From assembly GCA_051294375.1 (NCBI GenBank), contig CM119268.1, positions 8,175,002 through 8,239,001 of the forward strand: a stretch of 64,000 nt of DNA. The letters run 5' to 3'. Of the stretch, positions 20,213-35,600 are shown one piece after another. The notes beneath the pieces are model-generated. The model did no database searches, was not told the DNA's origin, and saw only the letters and a list, made by a program, of their open reading frames with translations. Position numbers and translations under genes: made by a program. The number at the start of each line of letters is the position of its first letter. Position 1 is the first letter of the stretch. This stretch comes from Paraspadella gotoi (lineage: Eukaryota; Animalia; Chaetognatha).

Positions 20213-21943
20213 ATCGACCATGAACTTGGTCCTTACACACCTTCAACTCTGGGAACGCAAAAAATACTTTTTTTTTAACGGTCAACTTGGTGGCTAGAAA
20301 TTCGAAATTTTGGAATTATCTTGGAAGTATCCTAATTATAATCTGATTTGATTGTTGAGTTCGTCACTGTTTTGTCATAAGATTTTAGCAAAGGAGACAT
20401 TTGTTTAGGATAACCATTGATAAAAAAAATAATATTTAAATTAAACATTAAACAGTAATAACGAAACCCGAGCCCTTTTAAACAATTTGTTAGTGTCATT
20501 GTTCAACAATCAAAAAAGTCTCTCAGGGTATATTTTTTTATTACTTTCATTATCAAAAAGATAATCCGCCTTTTTGATATTGAACGTCTTTTGTCATTTG
20601 TTGGAATTTTCCCTGCCAGGAGAGACACGGACGATAAAAAATAGAAGAATCAGTTTAAACAAAAGACCTCGGGAAGAGTTCATATTATGGCGACGTGACC
20701 TGACGAGACATGACCCACTTGACCTAAAACGTCCTCCATAATGTATTAAAATTGGAAGTGAGTGACTGTTAAGTCGGTTTCATTGTTTTATAAATTTCTG
20801 GACGGAATATTTAAAAAAAAACATTGCGGTACATGTCCCAATTGTTCTTCTGTAAACAAATTACCAGAGACCATTGGCGAGAAGTCCTTTACAAAACAGA
20901 ACTCCCGGTCCAAACCCCAGTTGGTGCCTCGTTGCTGCTCCCACTTCCTCGATCCATCTGTTTACACTTTCCAGCGTACCTTGATTCAGCCGTCTTCGTC
21001 GCTCACTGAAGCGACACCAAGCGAACAACGACGAGAACACAAATGATATACAACAACGTCGTCATGGAAATGGATATGGCTACGAAGCTCTTCCACACGA
21101 GTTTGACTTGTGTTAAATCCTTTTTTTTTTTGCTATTCGTAGACACTAACAAAACAATCAATCGACCAAATGAGCAACCAACTATCTAATCTACAAATCA
21201 AATAATCTTATAACCTTAATATCGAGTCTAAATTGAGATAAACTGACTGACAAATAAGTTAAACAACTGAGAAAACTAATCAAGGAAAATAACCAACCAA
21301 CCAACTTCGCCCACTTATATGCAAAAAAAAAAAAAAAAATAACAAAAATTAAAAAAAATAAAGAGCGCCAAATCTGGGGGCTTAAACGGTTTTTAATTTG
21401 GGTGAGAGTTCGGTGTTGATAAGACATAGGGGCTTGACGATAACGAGTACGAGAAAGATGATGATGTGGGAAAAAAAGACGACGACGACGACGACGAAGA
21501 CGACGACAGTAATTACGAAGTATTGGGCGACGAAGAAGACGACGACGACAACGACGACCGTAACGACGTGAGATAAATCAGCGTGAGACTAGTAAGACCT
21601 CGACAACGAATTCTCCAAAGGCCTTGCGTCTCCTTGCGTCGCTTTGCACCTCCCAGCATCGGTTTGCATCTCCCCGCATCGCCCTGTATTCAATCTGCAT
21701 CGCCCTTTATCGCCTTGAAGCGGGTTACATCGCTTTGCAACTCCCTGTGTGTCGTATTTGAATCGTTTTGAATCGCTTTCCATCGCCAGTAGCCTTTCAT
21801 CGATTTGCGTCGCATTGCATCGTATTCCGAAGCTTTAACACTAATATCCGCTTTCGTTGTCCTCTATGCTCGCCTTGAAGCGACTTTCATTGCCTTCCAT
21901 GTTTTTCGTCCCTTTGCTTTGCCTTATATTTTCTCACTCTAGA

Positions 21944-22167
21944 CCCAGCTGTAACCACTACACATTGAAGCCATAGTAAGGTGGACAGCAGAAAATTTCA
22001 TACAACCTGGCTACCTAGCTGTAACCACTACACATTGAAGCCATAGTAAGGTGGACAGCAGAAGATTTCATACAACCTGGCTACCTAGCTGTAACCACTA
22101 CACATTGAAGCCGTAGTAAGGTGGACAGCAGAAAATTTCATACAGCCTCGCTACCCAGCTGTAACCT
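21944..22167. repeat. 70-bp tandem repeat x ~3.2 (noisy re-copy at ~29655-29870)
   Basis: gctgtaaccactacacattgaagccatagtaaggtggacagcagaaaatttcatacaacctggctaccta starts at 21948, 22018, 22088, with a partial unit at 22158. Confidence 0.9.
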
Positions 22168-24402
22168 CTATATTGATATTGATTATTGATTATTTTAGCT
22201 GATCGAATTTCACTCTTTACAATTTACATGAACATTCTTCATTAAATCTTTTATTTTTTTTCCTTATTTCTCCCCCCTTCTTTTTTTCCATTTTTTCTTT
22301 TCATGCCGACCTTGCCTATCCTCGCCCTCTCTCGTCTACCCTGGACATGCATTACCTTACCATGTCTTGCCTTGCCTAATTGCCTCTCATACTTTTTCAT
22401 CCTCTCTCCACGCCGATTGGCTTTCATCGCTTTCAATACTTTTTCGCTTTACTTTTTTTTCTTTCTCATATTTCCTTCTTTCCTTTCTTTTCTGTTATTT
22501 TGTGGTTTTCTTCCTTTCTTTCTGTTTTTTTAACAACGTTTACATGTATGTACGTATCTGTTGGATCGTCATCAACGTTGTACACACAAACAAACACCCT
22601 GTTTTTGGAATAATTGAAAATTAACGGGTGCTAACAAAATTTTTTCAAGCCAAAATATAATCAGAAGAATAAAAAATAATGTCCAAAAGAAACTAAAGAA
22701 AAAAGAAAAAAAAAGAAAAAAAAAGAAAAAAAGGAGAAAAAGGAAAACATGAAAGGTGGGAACGAAGAAATTCAGAAGAGGAATTGAATCGGCAACGTGG
22801 AATAGAAAATCTCCATTGGACGCCCCTCCACACCCCAGTTCAGTGTTCACCCCATGAACATCCTGTGGATGTCTTCACTCCTCACTTATCTCACCACTAA
22901 CCTCCTCTTTTTCTATTATGCCGATTGCAGAAACCGGGGGGGGGGGACGGGGTGGTAACAGTTGCAAAAAATTGAATTTTACAGAATTTTCGCTTTTTTA
23001 AACATAAAAAAACAAAAAAACATATACCCCGTCGAAATTACGCGGTTTTCATTTCTCCAAACTCAACCCAGCCCTCCCTAGCCGTCCCCGTTTCGTCAGT
23101 TTTTCTACGGGTCTTACGAAAAAAAAAACAAACAAATATTTTCTTCTTTTTTTTCCTCCTAAGATCGAGAGCGCGCCTTACTTTTTCCCCCCGTACATTT
23201 TTTTTTTTTAATGTTTTGAAATCCTGGACCCGACACGAGTTAAGTTTTCAAAGCCATGAAAATTAACGAGGGATTTATTTTCCTTTACGCTCGCGAGGGA
23301 AAAGGAGAAAAACCCAGACGACGACCGACGGGGGCGGGAGGGGGGGGCGGGGAGGGGGGGGAAGGACGGCGTCAAAACCCGTGCGAGTTTTTTTTTTTTC
23401 TTTTTTTTTTTTTTCAAAAAAGTCTGAGAAGAAAAATGACGCCGGTTGAGTCTCGTCTGAAGGAGATGCCGGCACCCGGAGCGTCTGGTTTGAAGGAGAT
23501 GCCAGCATCAATAGTAGAAAAACTAAACGTCATCGACCTCTGGCACTGAGCACCACAAGAGGCGCTGAGAGAGAATATGTCAACTATTTCACAGAAAAAA
23601 AAACAAAGAAGCAACGAATGGCTCAGTTGTAGTTTAAAATATTTTCTGGCTTGCGGGCAAAACAATCTTAATTTCCAGTTCTCTATGACTAGAGCAGCAG
23701 AGGTACTTTACTCTTCATTCGTTTCCGAAAAAAAAAAGATAACAATATTAACGAAGGAAGTATAATACAGAAAATGGGATCAAAACTATCATCATGTCAA
23801 GAAATAGAACATTTAGATATTTCTTTTTTGTATGTTTTACAGGGAAAACACGGACGGGAGGACATGGTTTTATTGTACTAGTAACAAAACTACGCATATG
23901 TACAAAAACGTTTTTCCCCCAAAAAATGACACTACATAAAAGACGCCTTTAAACTACAATATGAATTTGAGAGGGGAGAGATCACAAAAATGTTAGAACT
24001 CATGAGGTTTTCTTTTGTTTTTTTTTTGGTTTGTTTTTTTATATTTTTTTGGTAATTTAACGGACAACTCGTATATGGATAAAACTTCTGCACAAATCAC
24101 GACAATGAGAGGTTTAGTTTCTTTTCAAATTTGAGGAAATAATTTCGAGCCGTGACGTATCGAGAAAAAATTTCCATTCAATGATTGAAGCCTTTCCGAG
24201 TACGTTATTCCATAAGAAATTATGAAAGAATTGTTTTCATCAAAATGAGCGAGCAAGAAAGCAATCGATCGACGGACATAACGTACTAAAGAGCGTAAAA
24301 AAGTTTTTGTTTGGTTGTATTAATTATAAATTATTACAAACAGTAGTAAAATTTTTTTTCGGCAGCCAACGGATCAGATATATTTCCTACAATTTTTTTT
24401 CA

Positions 24403-24491
<89 letters not shown>

Positions 24492-25479
24492 TATTTAGCA
24501 ATAACAAAATTCGACTGATGTACACGATAAAAAAGATTCTTCAGAATTTTTACTATAAGTTAAATTTTTTTTTTCTATAAAAACACAAAAAAAGTTGAGT
24601 TATCTAAGACTGTGTGATCAGACGTACGTTACGAGCGATTAAAAAAAAATGGCGAATTCACTTTTGAAATTTTTAACTCTTTACTTTCATGAAAAAAAAA
24701 ACTTAAGACGATTCAAACAATAAAACAGAAACGAAACGTTGACAACGATTATGGTTAAGCGCAAAACAATCTGCTTTTTTTTTCGACATAAAAGATTTTA
24801 TATCAAATAAAAATACCTATTACAACTTTTATATTATCATAAAAGAAAAAAGCATTGTATGATAACGATGCTATGAAACGGAATTTTTTTTCACGAGAAG
24901 AAATAAAAAATGACAATTTTCGCTTTCAAACTTCTCTTCAATATTAAAAAAAAATACTTTTTCTATCATTCACGATGTTTAAATCGTGAGTCTTAACCAT
25001 ACGCGGATTCCAAATTCGCACTCTACCGTCGAAACAATCATCTAAAAAACTCAGAAACATTCCGCACCTGAGACTTTCTGGTGAGCCCACAAAAAAAAAT
25101 CTCACTTATTCCAAGACGTTTTCTTCGTCACTGCGAGTCAGTGAGAGTCTGTGACCAAAATCACTCTTTTTTTTTTTTTAGTCCGGAATCTTTGATTTTC
25201 GGCGATGGAATAAAAATATTTATCTAATGGAATCCGTAGATTCGGGAGACGCGACGAGGCGAAAGGAAAATGCGAACTTTTAAAAGAAAATAAATCCAGT
25301 CGGTGGTTCGACTGCATCTCTCTCTCTATCTCTTTCTCTCAGTCGAGAGAGAGAGAGAGAGTGCTTCGCGAAACCACCTCTTCATCTCCAGCACTCCTTC
25401 CCCCCATCGCTACCACCACAACCACCTTCCTTTTCCCCCTTTGTCCCCCCCCCCTCCAGGTGTCCACCCTCTCCCTTCA

Positions 25480-25800
25480 AATGTGCTGCGCGAATCCGCC
25501 CATGAGATAACCGCCGATTGCGGCGCGTAGCTGAACGATCCTCTATTGAGATTGGCTCCGCCGTATCCCGCCCTCGGGTTGGGGTGTGGCTCCCGGGCGG
25601 GACGTAGCTCCCGATGTCACCCCACGCTCTTGCGGTAGGAGATTTGGTGCTGCTGCTGGCCGGGACGCCGCCGCCGCCGCGCCGACGCCGCCGGGGTAGC
25701 CGAGGGACGGCGGCGCCAGGGACGGCGGCATGGAAGAGTCGCGGCGAAGGGCGCTGCGAATGGGTAAAGGGATTGGCGGAGGGCGGGGGAAATCGCCGTT
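25480..25800 (-). CDS. Probable isolated coding exon (Pro/Gly/Ser-rich), gene unidentified; second copy at ~40670-41010
   Basis: GC-rich island next to ATTG/ATTC microsatellites. Merging the two indel-containing copies gives GDFPRPPPIPLPIRSALRRDSSMPPSLAPPSLGYPGGVGGGGGVPGQQQHQISYRKSVGDIGSYVPPGSHTPNAARAGYGGANLNRGSFSYAPP... Splice sites are not resolved. Confidence 0.35.
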
Positions 25801-25837
25801 TGATTGATTGATTGATTGAAATTTAATCATTAAAATT

Positions 25838-26100
25838 CATCATTCATTCATTCTTACTTTCATTCATTCATTCATTCATTCATTCATCATCATTCATTCA
25901 TCATCATCATTCCATTCATTCATTCTTATATCATTCATTCAGTCATTCATTCATTCATTCATTCATTCATTCATAATTCATTCATTCATTCATTATTATT
26001 TATTTATTTATTTATTCATTGATTCATTGATTCATTCATTCATTCATTCATTCATTCATTCATTCATTCATTCATTCATTCATTCATTCATTTATTCACT
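25838..26100. repeat. (ATTC)n microsatellite (copy at ~41043-41310)
   Basis: Directly visible tetranucleotide run. Confidence 0.93.
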
Positions 26101-26957
26101 CACTCCTATTTATTTATGCCTTTGGTCGCAGGTGACTTCTAGGAGAAAAAAAAACTCCTCAACCTCATTAGATATAAATGAGATACTTTAATTAAATTGT
26201 TATTCCATCTTATATCGTTAGGAACGTCATTCGTTATTAACAACAGACTAAGTACAGACTTTCCTGTGCAACGACCTTCGAGAACTGAAGCCGTCTCGAC
26301 CTCACAAGTCACCAAGCATTAAATCGACTTTCGACATTCGACGAAATCTTCGTGGCACGGTGTCACGGTGTCACGGTGACACGTTTTCGCTTCGTCGCCG
26401 ACCATCAAAAGAAAAAAACGTGTCGATCGTGACAAGCGAGAGAGAGAGAATAACACAAGTACGTGATGATGAAGATGATGATGATGATGATGAAGATAAT
26501 GTGATGATAAAGACGCTCTTGATGATTGTGATTCTAGTATTATTCTTTATCACTTTATAACCACCACGAGAATCTTACGAACGTTAGCTTTACAACGAAA
26601 GAATTATATAAAATTTATAAATATCAAGTATTTATAATACAGGGGAAGGAAAACGGCGTTAAAAACAAGGCCTCGCTTCGACCTCGATAATGAAATAAGA
26701 TTAGCATAGAAATTTCACTTCTCTTCTCTTTTTTTTTTCGTCTACTCTTCAGGTCATCTTCTCCTTGCATCGAAAAGAAGTTAGTACAGGCTGACTCGCT
26801 GAGTAGTACATTTAGTACATCGGACGTCAATCTTTACGTGATTCTAAGACGAAAGCTTTCGACTTTATGCATTTATAGGGAAAAAATATGAAATGAGAGT
26901 TGAGAGAAATGGCAGATATGTCAGGTATGGCAGACGGGGCCTCTCCAATTCCGCGAC

Positions 26958-29900
26958 AAAAAGTTTTTAAAATTGGGCCAAGTTAATCGAAGATATGGAC
27001 TGGGATCGACATAACTTTCAGATTCAAATGCACATTCATTCCATAAAATTCTATAAAAATATTTTCTTTCGACACCTTACCTTTTGTGTCATCATCTACT
27101 CGACCAGGGATCTCCAGTTGGAACGTGCCAAGTAAGGCATCCCATCTTGAAATTTCCCACTCGAATCCAGATTCACACTTTTGATACGTCGCATCACCAT
27201 AGTTTATTATTTTCCGTTAGGTAATTATCAAAATTATCAAATGAAATTTGTCATTATTGTAACTGAAGCTTAAAATAAATAACGAGATTTATTAAATTCG
27301 GCAATTAAACCAAACTATAATTTTGGGTGAGTGAATTTGATTTCTCAATGTTGATAAGATTACAGAGGTAGAAATTTTTGAAAAACAGATAAAATTGTTG
27401 TTTTTTTAAACCGCACATTGAGAAATTTCTTTCGGTAAAATTCAAAACTTTTTCACGCGAGAAAATCAGATTTCAATTTTTGTTTCTCTCTTCAGTTTTT
27501 GAGCGATGAGAACATAAACTGTGATAATGAGTCAGTAAGAACTCGTCCTCGATTCAACTTTGTCTTCGGTTATAATTAAGTCGAATTCGGATTAAAATTT
27601 ACGACACAGTTAAAATAAAAGAAAATCCTTGTAACGAGATTTAAAAAGCAATATCATCTCCGAACCTCGGAGAAAAAAAGTTTTATAGTTTATACGAATT
27701 ACATATTGAAACCGGCAAGGCGATTCCAAAAAGTTTATTAGTTTATTACGAATTATATAGTTGAACCACGGCAGGCGATTCCAAAAAGTTTTATTAGTTT
27801 ATACGAATTACATAGTTCAAACCCGGGCAGGCATCCATCGACCATGAACTTGGTCCTTAACACACTTCAACTCTGGGATACGCAAAAAATACTTCTTGTT
27901 TTTAACGGTCAACTTTGGTCGTAGAATTCGAATTTTGGATTATCTTGAAGTATCAATTATAATCTGATTGTTGATGTGAGTTCGTCACTGTTTTTGTCAT
28001 AAGATTTTAGCAAGGACATGACATTTTGTTTAGGATAAGCCATTGATAAAAAAAAATAATATTTAAATTAAACATTAACAGTAATAACGAAACCCGAGCC
28101 TTTTAAACAATTTGTTAGTGTCATTGTTCACAATCAAAAAAGTCTCTCGAGGGTATATTTTTTATACTTTCATTATAAAGATAATCCGCCTTTTTGATTT
28201 GAAGTCTTTTGTCATTTGTTGGAATTTCCCTGCCAGGAGAGACACGGACGATAAAAATAGAAGAATCAGTTAAAGATGGAAATCATATTATGGCAGACCT
28301 GACGAGATGACCAATGCCTAACGTCTATGTGACATCCAATTCAGGGATGGGCGAATTCGCCACTGTGGTCACGTCTGGCGTAGGGAGGCGCACGCGACAG
28401 GGTACACTGATTCAAGCGGACTTATTACGATAACACTAAATAATTCACGTCCTTCACGTCCTCCTATGTATTAAAATTGGAAGTGAGTGACTGTTAAGTC
28501 GGTTCATTGTTTAAAATTTCTGGACGGAATATTTAAAAAAAACATGGCGGTACATGTTCCAATTGTTCTTCTGTAAACAAATTACAGAGACCATTGGCAG
28601 AAGTCCTTTACAAAACAGAACTCCCGGTCCAAACCCCAGTTGGTGCCTCGTCTGTCCCACTTCCTCGATCCATCTGTTTACACTTCCAGCGTACCATTGA
28701 TTCAGCCGTCTTCGTCGCCACTGAAGCGACACCAAGCGAACAACGACGAGACACAAATGATATACAACAACGTCGTCATGAAATGGATATGGCTACGAAG
28801 CTCTTCCCACACGAGTTTGACTTGTGTTATTCCTTTTTTTTTTTTTTTTGCTATTCGTTACACGTAACAAAACAATCATCGACCGACCAAATGAGCAACC
28901 AACTTTCTAATTACCAAATCATAATCTTATAGCCTTTATCGAGTCTAAATTAGATAAACTGATTGACAAATAAGTTAAGAACAACTGAAAACTAATAGAG
29001 GAAAATCACCAACAACCAAGCTTCGCCCACTTATATGCAAAAAAAAAAAAAAAACAAAAAATTAAAAAAATAAAAGAGCGCCAAATCTGGGGCTTAAACG
29101 GTTTTTAATTTAGGTGAGAGTTCGGTGTTGATAAGACATAGGGCTTGACGATAACGAGTACGAGAAGATGATGATGTGGAAAAAAAGACGACGACGACGA
29201 CGACGAAGACGACGACAGTAATTACGAAGTATTGGGCGACGAAGAAGACGACGACGACAACGACGACCGTAACGACGTGAGATAAATCAGCGTGAGACTA
29301 GTAAGAACCTCGACAACGAATTCTCCAAAGGCCTTGCGTCTCCTTGCGTCGCTTTGCACCTCCCAGCATCGGTTTGCATCTCCCCGCATCGCCCTTATTC
29401 GATTCTGCATCGACCTTTATCGCCTTGAAGCGGGTTACATCGCATTGCAACTCCCTGTGTGTCGTATTTGATCGATTTTGAATCGCTTTCCATCGCCAGT
29501 AGCCTTCTATCGATTTGCGTCGCATTGCATCGTATTCCGAAGCTTTAACACTAATAATCCGCTCTCGTTGTCCTCTATGCTCGCCTTGAAGCGAATTTCA
29601 TTGCCTTCCATGTTTTTTCGTCCCTTTGCTTGCCTTATATTTTCTCACTCTAGACCCAGCTGTAACCACTACACATTGAAGCCATAGTAGGTGGACAGCA
29701 GCAAAATTCATACAACCTGGCTACCTAGCTGTAACCATACACATTGAGCCATAGTAAGGTGGACAGCAGAGATTCATACAACCTGGCTACCTAGCTGTAA
29801 CCACTACACATTGAAGCCTAGTAAGTGTGGACAGCAGAAAATTTCATACAGCCTCGCTACCCAGCCGTAACCTCTATGTTGATATGATTATGATTATTTT

Positions 29901-32316
29901 AGCTGATCGAATTTCACTCTTACAATTTACATGAACATTCTCATTAAATCTTTTATTTTTTTTCCTTATTTCTCCCCCCTTCTTTTTTCCATTTTTTCTT
30001 TCATGCGCCTTGCCTATCCTCGCCCTCTATCGTCTACCCTGGACATGCATACCTTACATAGTTTGCCTTGCCCAATTGCCTCTACATACTTTTTCATCCT
30101 CTCTCCACGCCGATTGGCTTTCATCGCTTTCAATACTTTTTCGCTTTACTTTTTTTTCTTCTCATATTTCCTTCTTCCTTTCTTTCTTTAATTTTGTGGT
30201 TTTCTTCTTCTTTCTGTTCTTTTTTAAAACGTTTTACATGTATGTACGTATCTGTTGGTCGTCATCAAACGTTGTACACACACAACAAACACCCTGTTTT
30301 TTGAATAATTGAAAATTAACGGGTGCTAACAAAATTTTTTCAACCAAAATATAATAACAGAAGAATAAAAAATATGTCCGAAGAAACTAAAGCAAAAAAG
30401 AAAAAAAAGAAGTAAAAAAAAAAAAAAGGAGAAAAAAGGAAAACATGAAAGGTGGGAACGAAGAAATTCAGTAAGAGGAATTGAATCGGCAACGTGAATA
30501 GAAAATCTCCATTGGACGCCCCTCCACACCCCAGTTCAGTGTTCACCCATGAACCTCCTGTGGATGTCTTCACTCCTCATTATCTCACCACTAACCTCCT
30601 CTTTTTCTATTATGCCGATTGCAGAAACCGGGAGGGGGACGGGGTCGGTAACAGTTGCAAAAAATGAATTTACAGAATTTTCGCTTTTTAAACATAAAAA
30701 ACAAAAAAAACATATACCCGCGAAATTACGCGGTTTTCATTTCTCCAAACTCAACCCAGCCCTCCTAGCCGTCCCCGTTCGTCAGTTCTACGGGTCTACG
30801 AAAAAAAAACAAACAAATATTTTCTTTTTTTTCCTCCTAAGATCGAGAGCGCGCTTACTTTTTCCCCCTACATTTTTTTTTTAATGTTTTGAAATTCTGG
30901 ACCCGACACGAGTTAGTTTCAAAGCCATGAAATTAACGAGGGATTTATTTTCCTTTACGCTCGCGAGGAAAAGAGAAAAACCAGACGAACGACCGACGGG
31001 GCGGGGAGGGGGGGGCGGGGAGGGGGGGAAGACGCGTCAAACCGTGCGAAGTTTCTTTTTTCTTTTTTTTTTTTTTTTCCCAAAAAGTCTGAGAAGAAAA
31101 ATGACGCCGGTGAGTTACGTCTTAAGGAGATGCTGCACCCGGAGCGTCTGGTTGAAGAGATGCCAGCATCATAGTGTAACTGATGTCTGAGCCATGGCGG
31201 CGACCCATCGAGAGTTGGTTTAAAATGCACAATCAAAGGTTATCTAGCTCGCGAGCGTCTGGGAAAACCAGCACAATAGGCGGAGAGGGCCAGGGGAGGA
31301 GAGCGGGGAGGAGAGCTCGACCACGTCGAGTTGTCTAAACAAAGATTATGTAAATTAAATTTAAGAAAATAAATATAATCTCTTCTGTCAATGAACATCA
31401 TTTTTTTTGCATATCAAAGTAGTAGAAAAACATAACTATCACTCTTGCCTGAGCACCACAAGAGGCGCTGAGAGGAATATGTCAACTATTTCACAGAAAA
31501 AAAAACAAAGAACAACGAATGTGCTCGTTGTAGTTTAAAATATTATCTGGCTTGGGGCAAAAAATCTTAATTTCCAGTTCTCTATGACTAGAGCAGCAGA
31601 GGTGCTTTACTCTTCATTTCGTTTCCGAAAAAAAAAAGATAACAATATTAACGAAGGAAGGTATAATACAGAAAAATGGATCAAAACTATCATCATGTCA
31701 AGAAATAGAACATTTAGATATTTCTTTTTGTATGTTTTACAGGGAAAACACGGACGGGGACATGGTTTTATTGTACTAGTAACAAAACTACGCATATGTA
31801 CAAAAACGTTTTTCCCCCAAAAAATGACACTACATAAAAGACGCCTTTAAACTACAATATGAATTTGAGAGGGAGAGATCACAAAATGTTAGAATCATGA
31901 GTTTTCTTTTGTTTTTTTTTTTTTGTTGTTTGTTTTTATTATATTTTTTGTAATTTAACGGACAACTCGTATATGGATAAAACTTCTGCACAAATCACGA
32001 CAATGAGAGGTTTAGTTTCTTTTCTAAATTTGAGGAAATAATTTCGAGCCGTGACGTATCGAGAAAAAAATTTCCATTCAATGATTGAAGCCTTTTCGAG
32101 TACGTTATTCCATAAGAAATTATGAAAGAATTGTTTTCATCAAAATGAGCGAGCAAGAAAGCAATCGATCGACGGACATAACGTACTAAAGAGCGTAAAA
32201 AAGTTTTGTTTTGGTTGTATTAATTATAAATTATTACAAACAGTAGTAAATTTTTTTCGGCAGCCAAACGGATCAGATATATTCCTACAATTTTTTTCAA
32301 GAGAGAGAAGAGGAGA

Positions 32317-32390
<74 letters not shown>

Positions 32391-32641
32391 AGAGAAGAAG
32401 AGAGAGAGAGGAGAAGAGAGAAAGAGAGAGAGAGGAGTAGATATTTAGCAATAACAAAATTCGACTGATGTACACGATATAAAAAAAGATTCTTCAGAAT
32501 TTTTACTATAAGTTAATTTTTTTTTTTATAAAAACACAAAAAAGTTGAGTATCTAAGACTGTGTGATCAGACGTACGTTACGAGCGATTAAAAAAAATGG
32601 CGAATTCACTTTGAAATTTTTTAACTCTTTACTTTCATGAA
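26958..32641 (+). repeat. Indel-rich direct copy of 19316-24692, including a frameshifted copy of exon 1 of the DUF3445 gene (27200-27081); probable assembly duplication
   Basis: Colinear from aaaagtttttaaaattgggccaag to ctttcatga; differences are mostly 1-bp indels; ends at a 25-N gap. Confidence 0.9.
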
Positions 32642-32642
32642 G

Positions 32643-32667
32643 NNNNNNNNNNNNNNNNNNNNNNNNN
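32643..32667. other. 25-N assembly gap (others at 57202-57226 and 61444-61468; a 414-N gap at 43698-44111)
   Basis: Counted Ns. Confidence 0.99.
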
Positions 32668-35600
32668 CGACAAAGGGCTCAGAGATGCGCACGAAATGGC
32701 TAATGACAATTTCTGCGCAATCTTGTTGGCAATTTTTGTGGCAAACTTCTGAAATCGTAAAGATTCGTAATTATCCTCATTTCCCGATATTTGCAATAAG
32801 GCTAAGGTTGGGATAAACATAGGTAATCTTGTTCTATTTGTTTGTCTATTCTTATTAATTTTTTATTACAAAGTAAACTAGCTTCTATTCGTTTTGGTTT
32901 TGTTTTTTTTTTTTTTATATCGACGCACGATTTATTGTACGACTTTCTTTGTCCTTCCAATAATCTCGCCATAATGTATAACCCATTAACTCATTTCTTT
33001 GTTTTTTACTCTGCTGTCTTTCCCAATGACAGATGGCCCGTGCAAGGGCTACCTCGAACCATACCTAACCACATCATAATGAACCGTGCCCCCCTGAATC
33101 AAAACGATCTCAATCCACCGCTCAAACTCTCACCTCATTCCTATTAGCATCAATAAATTAACTTATTAACCATCAATCACATTATATCTCCTTAATCAAT
33201 TTACTATTACATCAACAATCTTTATCTCATATCATTCTTTTTTTCTTTCCTGTTTTTTTTTCATTTAATTTTCTATGATAGTTCTCTCTCCTCTCATCTT
33301 CATTCTTTTACTATTTTTTTATTTTATTCCCTTCTCTCTCTCTCTCTCTCACTCTCTCACTAAAAACTTTTATATCAATCTTCTTCCTTACTTTTTTCCT
33401 ACCCACACACAAAATTTCAGACTCCCAATCTATCCTCCAATTTATAATTAATTTAGTATTTATTATTAAAATAATTAAAAATATTTTATTAAATTCTACT
33501 TATTTTTTTCCATTTAAAACTAATTTGCACTCACACGTTATTCCATCTTAAATTTTATATCCATTCTTTTATCACAACTTTCCTACCCCACACACAAAAT
33601 TCTAATTCCAATCCAACCATCCAATTCACGCATTTATTATCCTTATTTTTCCTAATATAACTACTGATCCTGGTGATCATTCCATTAATAATGATTAGAC
33701 AGTAATACGTTTAACATATGAATGTATGGTTATGAATGTGATATAGTGTAGGACGAGTGTATGTATGAGATCGGAGTAAATTGTGACTTAGGTATATATT
33801 AATACGATCGCGATGCATGTAAAAGCATATATAGAGTAAAGTATATATATATATATCTATATATCTAATCTAGTGAAATTATATTATATATATATCATAT
33901 ACTTATTATCTAATGATAAACCTCAACTGTTTGCCGGACCTCTATATATATATATAACCTAATATTGTTCTCACAGCCAGGCAATCTAACCTACCCACAT
34001 ACAAAAACCTTCGATCCCTACAGAAGTCGATAGCTACCTGGCATATAAAAGAAATCTGAAAAATCGAAACACAAATGCCTAGTAACAATAACAATATGCT
34101 CATTATCAATTTTTTCCAAATATATTGATATAAGTACCGTTTTAATTTATAATTATGCCATTTAAGATCATCTATCTATCTACATTAACCCATAATAATA
34201 GCTCTATCTTATAAGAACTAATATCATTTATATCCATCAGCTCAAAAAATGCGCACAGCCCAATCAATTATCTCCATGAATCCACACCACACCATTAATT
34301 ATATCAATTTTTGTAAATTGCGCATCACATAATCCTACACTATAGAAATATATATGTTATTTGGAATTATCGTCTAATATCTACTTAGAACTTTTACTAT
34401 AAAAGCTTATCTGTCTACATACATACTTACTCTTTTATCTACCTATTGACACTGTTCTTTTTTAAATTAAATTATATATTACAGTCTTCAGATTCCACTA
34501 AAAAGATTTATTCAAAAGTAGCTATTATATTAATTTAAGAATATATCTTAATTATTTTTAATATGAAGAATGACTTATAATTTAATTTCGTAAAAAACAA
34601 TTTTTGTGTCAGAATTTTAGATCTGACTATGAACCAAATATTGAATTTTTGAAAAATCAGATTCAAGGCATTTCAATTTTGAACCATCTATGTTTTTCGT
34701 TTGATTTTCCTATTTTTATCCTAACACTATAAATAAATATATACTACCCGATATGGTCCGTTCACAGCAACATTTATTATATAAATCTTATTTACAGATA
34801 TGAATCTCCTTTATCCATTCAGTTAGTAATTTAAATGTTCTAAATATAAAAACAGAAAACAAATGACTTTCATTAAAATGTAATTCTAACTAAGACTTCA
34901 AAATATAAAACATCTACTTGATCTTCTACATTCACACAAAATATTATGGTGTGGATAATAAATTTATAACAAAAACAAGCACGGTATTGTACCATCTCAC
35001 AAATATTGAAAAATGATTATTTTTTTCAACATAAATTTCACTGTAGACAAACCCAACAATGTATCACTACTATATGAAAACTACCTCATTATATAGATTT
35101 TAATATTAAACCTACCAGTGTTTATTTCTGTCTACATATTTTTTGCTTTTCATTTTAATAAAATAATTCTATGATGTGATACATTTTGTTTACCAATAAA
35201 GCATTTCTATAGTCTTTCCTTTTCCAAATCGAAAGAATAACAAAAAAATAATATCCTCATGAAAATTTTAACTCCAAAAAATGTTATACTTTAACTAGGT
35301 TTTAAAACAAATCCTGTCTTAAACATTTGTGGATTAAAATTTAGAAACTAGTTCAGAAATTGCCCTATGATAGGGCTTAATTTGTACCTTGCCCACCATC
35401 CATTCTTTTCTTTTCAAAAGTTATGCAAAAAAAAATAAACTTTATCATCGGTAACTAAGGATTTGAACTCCGCTAGTACAATCTTTGTAATATTGCAAAG
35501 CGGAGTATCTCAAGTTATCCCATTTGTATTATACCTAAATTCAAAAAAAACTAAAGAAAAATTTTTTATCATCTAGAGACATATCACTTTCAGTGACCCA

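Noticed and set aside
20930-20980. TLESVNRWIEEV as part of a Rab GTPase
   Set aside because: No P-loop, DTAGQ or NKxD motifs nearby.
21589-21900. Cys/Arg-periodic ORF on - (RCNPLQGDKGRCRLNTGRC...)
   Set aside because: Derives from a degenerate ~10-bp gcgatg-type repeat, and the frames differ between the two copies.
26840-26950. SLNSHFIFFPYKCIKSKAF on - as GPCR TM7/helix 8
   Set aside because: The copies disagree by indels and no other TM exons were found; too weak to call.
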